From contig OY969116.1 of assembly GCA_963698075.1 (NCBI GenBank), positions 83,881 through 147,880 on the forward strand: a stretch of DNA of 64,000 bases, given 5' to 3'. Made by a program: the position numbers and the translations under genes. Numbering within the stretch: the stretch's first letter is position 1; the number at the start of each line of letters is the position of its first letter. This DNA is from an uncultured Candidatus Berkelbacteria bacterium (GTDB taxonomy: Bacteria; Patescibacteriota; UBA1384; UBA12157; JAENIV01). A model generated the notes under the pieces. The model was not told where the DNA came from and ran no database searches. It saw only the letters and a list, made by a program, of their open reading frames with translations. This document shows, piece after piece, positions 7,993-17,735 of the stretch.

Positions 7993-10812
7993 ATGGCAAT
8001 TTTAGAAACAATTGTTTTCCGAGGGTTAATGTATGCCATTTTGGTGGTAATACCGATTTTTTTAATTATTCTATATCTTAGGGCGCGGGCCAATAGAGCC
8101 AAGATGCAGTGGTTTGCTAATCTTAAATTTTTGACCATGAGAATCCTAGTTCCTAAAAATAATGAAAAGACCCCGCTGGCCGCCGAACAAATGTTTGCTG
8201 CTTTGCATGGGGTTTTCAGAAAAGAGAGTCAATTCCAAGATTATTTTTCCTTTGAAATTGCCTCGCGTGAAAAGTTTATTCAATTTTATGTTCATGTTCC
8301 TGAGCATCTTAAAGATTTTATTGAGGGCCAGATTTATTCGCAATATCCAACAGCGGAAATTACTCAAGTTGATGATTATACTTTAGAAGAACGAGAACAA
8401 ATTATCTCTGGCCAGTTCAAATTGGCTGGGACAGAATTAGGCTTGACTAATTTAGATGTTTATCCGATCAAAACCTTTCTTAATTTTGAAGTTGACCCCT
8501 TGGCGGGGATAACAGGCGTGCTTTCCAAACTTGAAAAGGGCGAAGAAATCTGGTTGCAAATTATTGTCAAACCAGTTTCCGACCTATGGCAGTCAAAGGG
8601 CATTGGTCATGTCAGATCGGTCAAGTCTGGGGCCACTAATCAGCAGGGGATATTCGTCGGAATTTTCGGCGCTTTTATAAGATTTTTAGGCGGTCTTCTT
8701 AGTGCCATTTTGACCGGGGTTACGCCGCCATCATCAAAAGAGGAAGCGCCCAAAGAAGAGGCTAAACTGCCAGGAACAGTTGAAGAAGGGCTTAAAGGTG
8801 TTGAAACTAAATCAACCAAACTCGGCTTTGAAACAAAAATCAGACTGCTGGCCTTGGCCACCGACGAAAACATCGCCAGATCAAAATTGGCCTCAACTGT
8901 GGCTGCCTTCAAACAATATAATTTGCTCAATTTGAATGGTTTCCAAGCCAGCAGTATCACCAACTCCTTGGCTTTTTACGATCAATATCGCTACCGGGCT
9001 TTTTTGGAGCCAGGTTATATTTTAAACATTGAAGAACTGGCCTCAATATTTCATTTGCCGAATGTTTCAGTGCAGACACCCAATATTGTTTGGGCGGGTT
9101 CCAAAAAAGGTGAACCCCCGGCTAATTTACCGATTGAAGAAAATGTCTTAAGTTCAGAACTAACTGTATTTGCCAAGACTGATTATCGACATCTGATGCA
9201 TAATTTCGGTATTAAATTATCGGATCGCCGTTATCACATGTATTCAATTGGCAAAACTGGCACTGGTAAAACAACCATGCTCGAAAACATGATTATTGAC
9301 GATATCCGCGAGGGTAGGGGAGTTGCCGTCGTTGACGCCCATGGGGACTTAATCAAAAAATTGCTTAACTATGTTCCCAGCGAAAGAATTAAAGACGTCG
9401 TTCTTTTTTCTCCGGCCGATCGTTTATATCCTCTCGGCTTTAATCCGCTCGAAAATGTTGATCCCGAGTTAAAAAATATTGTCGCCTCAGGCGTTGTCGG
9501 AATTTTTAAGAAAATATTTGGTGAATCCTGGGGACCACGGTTGGAATATATTTTGAGAAATACTATTTTGGCGCTCCTTGATTATCCCAATGCCACCATG
9601 CTCGGGATTACCAAAATTTTGGTTGACCAAGATTTTCGTAATCGTGTGATTGAAAAAATTCAGGATCCGGTGATTAAAGATTTTTTTGTTAATGAATACG
9701 AAAAATATGATCCGAAATTTCGGACTGAGGCCATCGCCCCGATTCAAAACAAAGTTGGCCAATTTTTATCATCATCAACCATCCGCAACATTGTTGGTCA
9801 GCCGAAATCAACCTTTAACATCGAAGAGATTATGAATACCGGCAAAATTATATTTATGGATTTATCAATTGGCGAAATTGGCGAAGACGCTTCAGCTCTT
9901 CTGGGCTCGATGATGATTACCAAAATTCAACTAGCAGCAATGCGACGGGCGACTATTCCCGAAGAAGAACGCAAAGATTTCTATTTATATGTTGACGAGT
10001 TCCAAAATTTTGCCACCGAATCTTTTGCGGTGATTTTATCTGAAGCTCGCAAATATCACCTGAATTTGATTATCACCCATCAATATATTGCTCAAGTTTC
10101 CGAAGAGGTCATGGCGGCTGTTTTTGGTAACTGTGGCACATTGGTTACTTTCCGTGTTGGCGCTCCTGACGCCGCCGCTTTGAAAAAAGAATATGAGCCG
10201 GTTTTTGAGGAAGTTGATTTAGTTAATTTAGATAATTATCATATCTACGTCAAAATGTCAATTGATGGCGTCACTTGTCCTGCTTTTTCGGCCGTCACTT
10301 TGCCTCCAGACAAGATGACTAATACCAATCGTGAAGCGATCCTTGCCCACTCACGCCAAAATTATTCCAAAAGGCGAGAATACGTTGAACAAAAAATGAC
10401 GGACCTAGCGGAAATGCCTAAAGTCGAACAAATCTTAACCAAGGCCGAGCGGGAGCGCATTCCCAAAATTCCGCCGAGAATAGGGGAGACCTATTATCGC
10501 GAAATCCAAACCCCGGGTGATGTTCGCTGGTATTTTGGTGGGGGAACAGTTGATCAGCCCCTGACCGAAGAGACGGTCCAAGAAAAATTAAAAAAACAAT
10601 TGGAAGAAACGCCAGATTGGATGAAGGAGCGACTCGCGGCTCTAGAAAAAAAAGATGATGGGGGAGAGGTGCCCGAAAAGATTGAAGATATTGAAGATTT
10701 AGAAAAAGATAAAGCAACGATGGTTTCGCATCTCGGTCCGTCGGAGAGCGGAAGTCGGATGTCAGATAGCAGTGTCCAACATCTCAAAGACGGTGAGACC
10801 ATTAAGTTGTAG
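7993..10812 (+). CDS. paralogous membrane-anchored VirB4/TraC-like P-loop ATPase, 939 aa
   Basis: Walker A YHMYSIGKTGTGKTT. Walker B YLYVDEFQNF. SEARKYHLNLIITHQY. The N-terminal domain shares motifs with the 4849-7347 protein (FxxLHGxxxxxxFSFEI, IxSQYPTAxI). Acidic C-terminal tail. Confidence 0.65.
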   Translation: MAILETIVFRGLMYAILVVIPIFLIILYLRARANRAKMQWFANLKFLTMRILVPKNNEKTPLAAEQMFAALHGVFRKESQFQDYFSFEIASREKFIQFYVHVPEHLKDFIEGQIYSQYPTAEITQVDDYTLEEREQIISGQFKLAGTELGLTNLDVYPIKTFLNFEVDPLAGITGVLSKLEKGEEIWLQIIVKPVSDLWQSKGIGHVRSVKSGATNQQGIFVGIFGAFIRFLGGLLSAILTGVTPPSSKEEAPKEEAKLPGTVEEGLKGVETKSTKLGFETKIRLLALATDENIARSKLASTVAAFKQYNLLNLNGFQASSITNSLAFYDQYRYRAFLEPGYILNIEELASIFHLPNVSVQTPNIVWAGSKKGEPPANLPIEENVLSSELTVFAKTDYRHLMHNFGIKLSDRRYHMYSIGKTGTGKTTMLENMIIDDIREGRGVAVVDAHGDLIKKLLNYVPSERIKDVVLFSPADRLYPLGFNPLENVDPELKNIVASGVVGIFKKIFGESWGPRLEYILRNTILALLDYPNATMLGITKILVDQDFRNRVIEKIQDPVIKDFFVNEYEKYDPKFRTEAIAPIQNKVGQFLSSSTIRNIVGQPKSTFNIEEIMNTGKIIFMDLSIGEIGEDASALLGSMMITKIQLAAMRRATIPEEERKDFYLYVDEFQNFATESFAVILSEARKYHLNLIITHQYIAQVSEEVMAAVFGNCGTLVTFRVGAPDAAALKKEYEPVFEEVDLVNLDNYHIYVKMSIDGVTCPAFSAVTLPPDKMTNTNREAILAHSRQNYSKRREYVEQKMTDLAEMPKVEQILTKAERERIPKIPPRIGETYYREIQTPGDVRWYFGGGTVDQPLTEETVQEKLKKQLEETPDWMKERLAALEKKDDGGEVPEKIEDIEDLEKDKATMVSHLGPSESGSRMSDSSVQHLKDGETIKL

Positions 10813-10862
10813 ATAGAATGTTAGTTTTAAGCGCCAGCGAGCTCATATCTTAAGAAGATTCA

Positions 10863-10887
10863 AACCTGTCCAACAGGTTATTTTTTT
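10863..10887 (+). terminator. AACCTGT-CCA-ACAGGTT-ATTTTTTT
   Basis: stem plus U7. Confidence 0.75.
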
Positions 10888-11381
10888 GTTACTCTGGTGG
10901 GGGAGAGGTCGAAAACAATTTTCAATTTGCAATTATCAATTATCATTTCAAAATGTGCCCTCATAATTCCACACCCGGCTAAAATGGGGGAAATGCAAAT
11001 TTGATGAATTTGAACTTCAATATTCTAAGACTTTTAAAAGCTCATAGATGGTCATTATAAAAGTGCTCCATAAGATAAACAACCTAATCAGTCGTAAAAC
11101 GGATATTGTGCGTCGCTTTGTAAATGCAGTCGCTCAATATTAGCCAGATTTTACAACGTATTTATAAATCTGGCTTAGTTTTATGCCATTGCAAAATTCC
11201 GTCCATTTATTTTTAGTCAGTGAGCTTGGGATTTCTTTAGACATTAGAAATTAGTCATTAGAAATTTTAAAACAATCCCCTATTTTACCAAGCCTATACT
11301 AAAAAAGTGACCAAATTGTCACGATTAAGCCCCAGGTACTATTTATATATTATAACCTGTTAATAATGTCTCTAAAAGCCC

Positions 11382-12296
11382 CTAGGACGCGACTTTTGCA
11401 GCCGCACGAGCTTTGCGTCGCGCGCTCCAACCCTGCCAACTAACTAACAAGGGCGAAGCGTTAAAAATTGATGAATAAGTGCCAATGGCGATGCCCACCA
11501 ACAATGCCAACATAAAATGTTTTAATGTTGCCCCGCCGAGCAAAAAAAGCGCCAGTAAAACCAACAAAACCGTAAACGAAGTATTCAAAGAGCGGTTTAA
11601 AGTTTGCAAAATACTATTATTAACATTAGTTTCAAAATCCAAAGAAGGGGATTTGCGTAGATTCTCGCGAATGCGATCAAAAACCACTATCGTATCGTGG
11701 ACTGAAAAACCCATAATTGTCAAAAGGGCAGTAATAAAAAGGGAATCGACTTCATAGCCGAAAAAATGTCCCAAAATCGCGAATGCCCCAACCACAAAAG
11801 CAAGGTCGTGAATTAAGGCTAAAACCGCACAAACGCCAAAGCGCCAGGAACTCGCCGGTTTAGGAACCTTGCGAAAAGCAATTGAGATATAAATAATAAT
11901 GGCGATTGAAGCCAAAATGACGGCGATGACGGCTTTTCGTTTCAAATCCGAGCTCACCGTCGGCCCCACCGTTTCTAGCCGGTTTTGTTTGTAGCCCTCC
12001 CCTACTTTGGCAAGCGCCTCGGTTAATTTATTTTGCGTTTCAGCATCTAAGACCGGCGTCCGAATGATAAAGTCATTCCCAGACGGTTGAACATTAACAT
12101 TTTTGATACCGTTACTGTTTATAACTTCATCAATTTTTGTTTTAGCAACACTATTACTATAGGAAATATCCAACAAGGTTCCGCCCTTAAAATCAAGCCC
12201 GGTTGGTATCCCCCAAAAAATTATTGCCAAAATTCCCGGCACAATTAAAATTAAAGAAATTAAATACCAAATTTTCCGTCGGCCAATAATGTTCAT
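11382..12296 (-). CDS. secF: protein translocase subunit SecF
   Basis: MNIIGRRKIWYLISLILIVPGILAIIFWGIPTGLDFKGG...; its ATG overlaps the secD stop as ATGA (12293-12296). Confidence 0.85.
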   Translation of the reverse strand: MNIIGRRKIWYLISLILIVPGILAIIFWGIPTGLDFKGGTLLDISYSNSVAKTKIDEVINSNGIKNVNVQPSGNDFIIRTPVLDAETQNKLTEALAKVGEGYKQNRLETVGPTVSSDLKRKAVIAVILASIAIIIYISIAFRKVPKPASSWRFGVCAVLALIHDLAFVVGAFAILGHFFGYEVDSLFITALLTIMGFSVHDTIVVFDRIRENLRKSPSLDFETNVNNSILQTLNRSLNTSFTVLLVLLALFLLGGATLKHFMLALLVGIAIGTYSSIFNASPLLVSWQGWSARRKARAAAKVAS

Positions 12297-13567
12297 TTGA
12301 TCACCAATCTTTTTTCCAAAAATGTGCCAATCGCCAATCTTAAAAATGTTCGCGTAACAATAATGGCGGTAAACATTGAAACAAGAATTCCAATTGCCAA
12401 GGTCACTGCAAAACCGCGAACCAAACCGGATGTCCCATAATAAAGAATTGCGCACGTAATCAATGAAGAAAAATTAGAATCGCGAATTGACGGCCAGGCT
12501 CGCTTGAAACCTTCTTCGATTGATAAACCAATGGTTTTACCGGCGGCTAATTCTTCTTTGGTTCTTTCAAAAATTAAAATATTGGCATCAACCGCCATGC
12601 CTACCGACAAAATGAACCCTGCAATACCGGCTAAAGTCAGAGTGACAGGGATTAGTTTAAATAATGCCAAAATCACCAGCGTATAAATAAAAAGTGCCAA
12701 AATAGCTAAAAGTCCGGGGACGCGATAATAAATAATCATAAATAAGGCTACCAGCAACAAACCAATGATGCCGGCCATCAAAGATTTCTGGACTGACTCG
12801 GAGCCCAAAGTTGGCCCAATGGTACGTTGTTCTACTAAAGAGATTGGCACGGGCAAGGCTCCGGCGTTAAGTTCGATCGCCAGTTGTTTGGCCTCCTCAA
12901 TCGTAAATTTACCTGTAATCACCGCTTGACCATTTTCAATGGCACTTTGGACTGTCGGCGCGGAAATAATTTCATTATCTAATTCAATGGCCACTGGTTT
13001 TTGTAAATTATTGCGAGTGATGTCAGCAAAAAGTTTCGTCCCTTCACTGTCAAATTGAATGGCGACTTGGGGTTCACCGGTGTTTTTGTCGAACTGAACG
13101 TCCGCGCGTCGAAGATGGGCGCCTGTTAACCCTGTATCTTTCCAAATATCTTGTTCACTGGTCGCCTCAGGATTTTCTTCTAAAAATTTTAGTTGAGCGG
13201 TTTTACCGATCAAATTAATTGCTTCTCCAACATCGGTCACGCCTGGTAATTCAACGATCACCGCCTGCTTGCCGCCAATTTTTGCCCCTTGAATTACGGG
13301 TTCAGCCACACCCAAGGCGTTGACCCGACGATCAATCACGTTGACGACTGATTGGGTGGCGGTTGAGACATCTTCTGATTGGAGCCCGGAGGTATCAAGT
13401 TCAAAAACCAAATGGGCCCCACCTTGTAAATCCAAACCTTCGTGAATTTTAAGTTCTTTAAAAAAACTGCCGATAGAAATATTTGGGCCAGTCGGCCAAT
13501 CAACCAAACCCGCCAGAATCGTTAGCACCAAAATGATGCCAAAAATTATCCAAATATTGCGTCGCAA
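12293..13567 (-). CDS. secD: protein translocase subunit SecD
   Basis: MRRNIWIIFGIILVL...GLDLQGGAHLVFELD...; 424 aa with 12 TM helices. Confidence 0.9.
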   Translation of the reverse strand: MRRNIWIIFGIILVLTILAGLVDWPTGPNISIGSFFKELKIHEGLDLQGGAHLVFELDTSGLQSEDVSTATQSVVNVIDRRVNALGVAEPVIQGAKIGGKQAVIVELPGVTDVGEAINLIGKTAQLKFLEENPEATSEQDIWKDTGLTGAHLRRADVQFDKNTGEPQVAIQFDSEGTKLFADITRNNLQKPVAIELDNEIISAPTVQSAIENGQAVITGKFTIEEAKQLAIELNAGALPVPISLVEQRTIGPTLGSESVQKSLMAGIIGLLLVALFMIIYYRVPGLLAILALFIYTLVILALFKLIPVTLTLAGIAGFILSVGMAVDANILIFERTKEELAAGKTIGLSIEEGFKRAWPSIRDSNFSSLITCAILYYGTSGLVRGFAVTLAIGILVSMFTAIIVTRTFLRLAIGTFLEKRLVIK

Positions 13568-13576
13568 AATATTACC

Positions 13577-14617
13577 TCACAAATACTTTTCTTTCCCCTT
13601 TTCTTTTAAACTCTCAACAATCTTTTTGACTTCCTGGGCTTTATCTTTGTGGCAAACCAAAACCACGTCAGGAGTGTCTACCACTATTATATCCTTTAGG
13701 CCAATAGTTGCAACCAACCGATCAGTTCCATGGATTAAACAGCCATTGGTCTCAACACCGAAATGGGCACAACCAATGGCGACAGTTTCGTTTTTCTTTC
13801 TCGAGAGCATCTCAAATAATTTTTTCCAATTACCGATGTCCGACCAGGCAAAATCACCGGCAACAACGGCTACCTTTCTAGTTTTTTCGGCAATCGCGTA
13901 GTCAAAGGAAATATTTTTGATTTTGGCATATTCTTGGGAAAGTTTTTTGGGCTCTTTGCTGATTCTTTCCAAGACTTGATAAATTTTTGGTTGATGAATT
14001 TTAAACAAATTCAAAATCACTTGAGGTTTTGCAATAAACATTCCCCCATTCCAAAGATATCGTCCCGAATTGACATATTTTTTAGCGGTTGCTAAATCAG
14101 GTTTTTCCACAAACTTTTCCACTTGATAAGTGTCGTTCTCAATATCTTTTCCCATTTTGATGTAGCCGAGACCTGTGTCAGGATCCGATGGTCGGATGCC
14201 AATAAGAACAAGATAATCTTTTTTAGCCGTCTCAAAGGCCCTTTTTAGGGTTTTTTGGAATTCTTTTTCTTTACCGATATAGTGATCAGCTGGCAAATAT
14301 GCGATAATCTCGGCTTTATTTTTCAATATTTCCGCCGCCAGGCCTATAGATGGGGCAGTATTGCGGATCGCCGGCTCAAGGATTAAATTATGCTTGAGGC
14401 GCGGCAATTCTCTGGCGATATCTTTAGCTTGTAAAACATTGGTAGTAATGTAGATATTTTTAAGACCAACCGCTGGAGCTAAACGCTTGACGGTATTTTT
14501 AATCATTGACTCATTATTTACCAAAGCATAAAGCTGTTTTGGTTTTTTGATTCTTGATTTTGGCCAAAGCCGCGTCCCCGACCCCCCGGCCATAATAACG
14601 ACGTAATTTGAGTTCAT
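13577..14617 (-). CDS. mannose-1-phosphate guanylyltransferase-like sugar nucleotidyltransferase
   Basis: VIMAGGSGTRLWPKSR...KPKQ NTP-transferase signature. Confidence 0.7.
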   Translation of the reverse strand: MNSNYVVIMAGGSGTRLWPKSRIKKPKQLYALVNNESMIKNTVKRLAPAVGLKNIYITTNVLQAKDIARELPRLKHNLILEPAIRNTAPSIGLAAEILKNKAEIIAYLPADHYIGKEKEFQKTLKRAFETAKKDYLVLIGIRPSDPDTGLGYIKMGKDIENDTYQVEKFVEKPDLATAKKYVNSGRYLWNGGMFIAKPQVILNLFKIHQPKIYQVLERISKEPKKLSQEYAKIKNISFDYAIAEKTRKVAVVAGDFAWSDIGNWKKLFEMLSRKKNETVAIGCAHFGVETNGCLIHGTDRLVATIGLKDIIVVDTPDVVLVCHKDKAQEVKKIVESLKEKGKEKYL

Positions 14618-14661
14618 AAAAATATTGTACTAAAAATATGGTTTGAGGTCAAGAATAAAAG

Positions 14662-14681
14662 AAAAAGCCCCGGCGCTTTTT
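14662..14681 (-). terminator. AAAAAGC-CCCGG-CGCTTTTT hairpin downstream of the GNAT gene
   Basis: read in the sequence. Confidence 0.4.
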
Positions 14682-14704
14682 AGCAACGAGGCTTGAATCG
14701 GATG

Positions 14705-15367
14705 TTAAATACGAAGTTTACTCAAATGTTTAGCCAGTAAGACCCGTCCTTGCCCGTATTCGGTGTCATCAGTAAATATTTCTAGGCCAATGTGTTTGTA
14801 GAGCCTTAGCGCTGGTGAGTTTTGATGTGTTCTTAGGAATATTAACGGATCGTTTGTGCGGCTACGGTACTGGATTAGACATGTTTTGACAAGGGCGGTC
14901 GCTATTCCCTGCCGTCGCCAGGCTCTTTCGACACCCAGTTCATCGAAATAAACGATGGGTTGAGAGTTAGCTAACTCAAATAGTTGACTTTTAATTTTTT
15001 GACCCCAATGTTTCTCGATCTCTTCCGGAGAGATTACATAGGTCAAGGCGAAGGCGATTACTTTACCACCGGCTAATGCTGGTAGCGCGACAAAACAAAA
15101 GGCAGAGGGTCTTTGGATTTGCTTTCGGAGATCCCTTTCGACCTCTGCCGGTTTCCAGGCATCCTCAAGTTCGATCTGACAGCTTGGACAGTGTGTAAGA
15201 TGAAGATTAGCCACTTGTTCTTCGCTGAAGTATCGCCTGCAGTTTGGACACTGCTTATATTCGCCAAACGAGTCTTCGCTGCCCCACATACGATAGCAGT
15301 ACAAATCGACCAGTTGATGCATCTGTTCGTCGTTTTCTGGGTTAATCTTTTCAATGTGCCAGGACAT
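14705..15367 (-). CDS. GNAT-family N-acetyltransferase with a Cys4 insertion
   Basis: RRQGIATALV acetyl-CoA motif; CPNC...CPSC. Confidence 0.6.
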   Translation of the reverse strand: MSWHIEKINPENDEQMHQLVDLYCYRMWGSEDSFGEYKQCPNCRRYFSEEQVANLHLTHCPSCQIELEDAWKPAEVERDLRKQIQRPSAFCFVALPALAGGKVIAFALTYVISPEEIEKHWGQKIKSQLFELANSQPIVYFDELGVERAWRRQGIATALVKTCLIQYRSRTNDPLIFLRTHQNSPALRLYKHIGLEIFTDDTEYGQGRVLLAKHLSKLRI

Positions 15368-15430
15368 CTTTGCTCCTTCGAGGCAGGATAAGAGCCTACC
15401 TAGATAGATAAGCTCACGGCTACCTCGAAG

Positions 15431-16504
15431 TTATTGAATAAATTTTTCAATCAGCTTTTTAAAAATTCTTTGACATACTTTTAGGTTTTTTATATTCACA
15501 AATTCATCTTCAACGTGGGCTTGAGCTGTTAAACCCGGCCCGAAATCAATACACGGAATGCTCAATTTATTAGCCAGTAGAGCGATATCGATATATCCTC
15601 TGTCGCGAGGATCTTGAATTGAAGTTGTTTCTAATTGTTTTTTTACTATCTCTCGAAATACTCGGTAATTCTTTTCCTCTGTCTTCCAGCCAGGTAAATT
15701 GAAATTTATCTTGTATGTGAAGATTAAATTTTGTTTTTTAAGTAAAATTTTAAGATTTTTTAAAATTTCTCCACCGGTGGCATTATAAGGACGAATATCT
15801 AAAGTGCCTTTGGCAAAATTGGGGACGCAATTCGGTTGATTAATTATTTTGTTTTTAAATTTTAGCCCCGCTTCAATATAAGCCAGATTGATTGAGCTAC
15901 CTGGATATTTTTCTTTAAGTGAGCTGATTGCCGAACCTAGGAATAATATTGGATTACGACCAAGATGTTCTTTATAAGCCGGTGCCGTTTTCCCTTTAAT
16001 TTTAAAATTCACTTCGAATAGACTCCGACAACAGTCTCCTATTTTTAAATCTGTACCATCAGCTGAGACTACTAATTGAGGTTTGATTTTGTTTGACGAG
16101 ATAAATTTAGACATGCCGGCAAAATCGTATTCCTCGCCAACGTAAAATAAAAAACCGATACCATTAAGATTTTTAGTTTCAACAAGCGCATTCAAAATAC
16201 AAGCCAACCCGCCTTTCATATCTGTCGCTCCCAAACCATAGATTCTTCCCTTTTTTATCACGGGTGATAATTGTTTTTGATTTTTTGGCGGCACAGTATC
16301 GGTATGGCCAATGAATAATAATTGAACCTCGTTTTGAGTTGCGAGAATGTTAAATCTCGAGTCGACTTTTTGTGTTTGGATTTTTAATTTAGTGTTTTGC
16401 TTTAAAAAATTATTGATAAATTCTCCGATTCTGTTTTCATCGGTGATTTTATCGACATAAGATGGGATAGAAATTAATTTTTTAGTTAGATTGATCAGGT
16501 TCAT
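15431..16504 (-). CDS. M20-family metallopeptidase (ArgE/DapE-like)
   Basis: HTDTVP and GATDMKGG motifs; ATG at 16504 preferred over the upstream TTG. Confidence 0.7.
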   Translation of the reverse strand: MNLINLTKKLISIPSYVDKITDENRIGEFINNFLKQNTKLKIQTQKVDSRFNILATQNEVQLLFIGHTDTVPPKNQKQLSPVIKKGRIYGLGATDMKGGLACILNALVETKNLNGIGFLFYVGEEYDFAGMSKFISSNKIKPQLVVSADGTDLKIGDCCRSLFEVNFKIKGKTAPAYKEHLGRNPILFLGSAISSLKEKYPGSSINLAYIEAGLKFKNKIINQPNCVPNFAKGTLDIRPYNATGGEILKNLKILLKKQNLIFTYKINFNLPGWKTEEKNYRVFREIVKKQLETTSIQDPRDRGYIDIALLANKLSIPCIDFGPGLTAQAHVEDEFVNIKNLKVCQRIFKKLIEKFIQ

Positions 16505-16577
16505 CTTTGTTCTTTCTAGATACAAAAAATCCGCTTTTGATCGCGGATTGGCGAATACCGGAAAGATTTACAGATAT

Positions 16578-16881
16578 TTAGACTTTCTGTAAAGCTTTTC
16601 GGTATCCACCCGTTCCATGATGAAGCCAATAATTTATTCTCGCGATCGTTGAAGTCGACATTTCGGTTTCGGCAGAAATATTACGGAATGTATATCCTTG
16701 AGAAAGTAATTTTGCTACTTGGAAACGCCGAATAGCTTCCTGAATTTCAGCAATAGTAAAAAGATCTCTCAAGAATTTGGCTATCTCTTCAGAATTATCA
16801 ATCGAGGCTAAAACTTTGTATAACTCTTTCGCCTCACGTGTATTTAATTGTGATTCAATTTCTCTTTCTTTTCTTTTTCAT
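16578..16881 (-). CDS. TrpR-like YerC/YecD-family protein; the reading frame is broken near the start (frameshift or homopolymer error)
   Basis: The ORF-track product aligns to the YerC C-terminal half. The N-terminal half (KRKREIESQLNTREAKELYKVLASIDNSEEIAKFL) is in frame but lacks a start codon. ATG 16881 sits one frame off and is followed by an A5/A4/A3 homopolymer run (16855-16881). Confidence 0.5.
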
Positions 16882-16989
16882 TTAAAATCCAATTCTTTTG
16901 ATTTAACGAATTAAATCATTAAACTATAATTATTAAAACACATAGCTTTATTTTTGTCAAGACCTCAAAGAGACTTTTATAATTTAATT

Positions 16990-17244
16990 TTAGTGGAAAT
17001 TCCCATAAACTTTTTTCCACCAGTAAAACCCAAGAACGACGCCAAAGATAATGCCTAAAATTGGCAAAAGATAAATGAGCCAGAGCGGCAGCGCACAGGT
17101 GCCACCCCAAACCATCACCCATTTGACGGTATGAACGTGCTCCTCGGCCCAGCCAAGATAAACCATCTCAATGACCGCATGGACAATAAAACTTAAAATT
17201 AGCCCCAAAAAAGCAGCAAGAATAATATAAATAATTTTTTTCAT
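16990..17244 (-). CDS. small membrane protein (84 aa)
   Basis: two or three TM helices; MKKIIYIILAAFLG... Confidence 0.45.
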   Translation of the reverse strand: MKKIIYIILAAFLGLILSFIVHAVIEMVYLGWAEEHVHTVKWVMVWGGTCALPLWLIYLLPILGIIFGVVLGFYWWKKVYGNFH

Positions 17245-17735
17245 TGTTTAGTTCCTTTTATCCACCGGGCGACTTTCTTCCCACCGAGAATTTTATAGAG
17301 CATTCTTAGTTCGTCGTATATACCCTCAATCAATTTATATTTTTTAGCTTCTTTGAAACTCACCCAGGCAAAGTCCACTTGGTCTTTAGCTAATTTGACT
17401 TTGCCGCCAGCCCAGTCGGCATAATAACTCAAGGTCACCACCGGGATATTATCCGGACGAATAAAAACCAAGTCGCAAAGGTAGCGAATATTTTTAATTT
17501 TTAAACCTACTTCCTCCATCACCTCGCGTTTTAAAAGTTTTTCGGTGATATTGTACCATTGATTGACGCCATCCTTAGGTAATTTGATATAATCGTTTGT
17601 TTCTAATTTTCCTCCGGGCACAGTCCATTCATTGGGAAAGGCTTTTTCCCACGGTGCCCGTTTGGTAATTAAAAATTTCCCATCTTTGATGATAATCGCC
17701 GTCGCCACTACATAATGAAATTTGGTGTTTTCCAT
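17241..17735 (-). CDS. NUDIX hydrolase
   Basis: Nudix box GGKLETNDYIKLPKDG...REVMEEVGL. Confidence 0.75.
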   Translation of the reverse strand: MENTKFHYVVATAIIIKDGKFLITKRAPWEKAFPNEWTVPGGKLETNDYIKLPKDGVNQWYNITEKLLKREVMEEVGLKIKNIRYLCDLVFIRPDNIPVVTLSYYADWAGGKVKLAKDQVDFAWVSFKEAKKYKLIEGIYDELRMLYKILGGKKVARWIKGTKQ

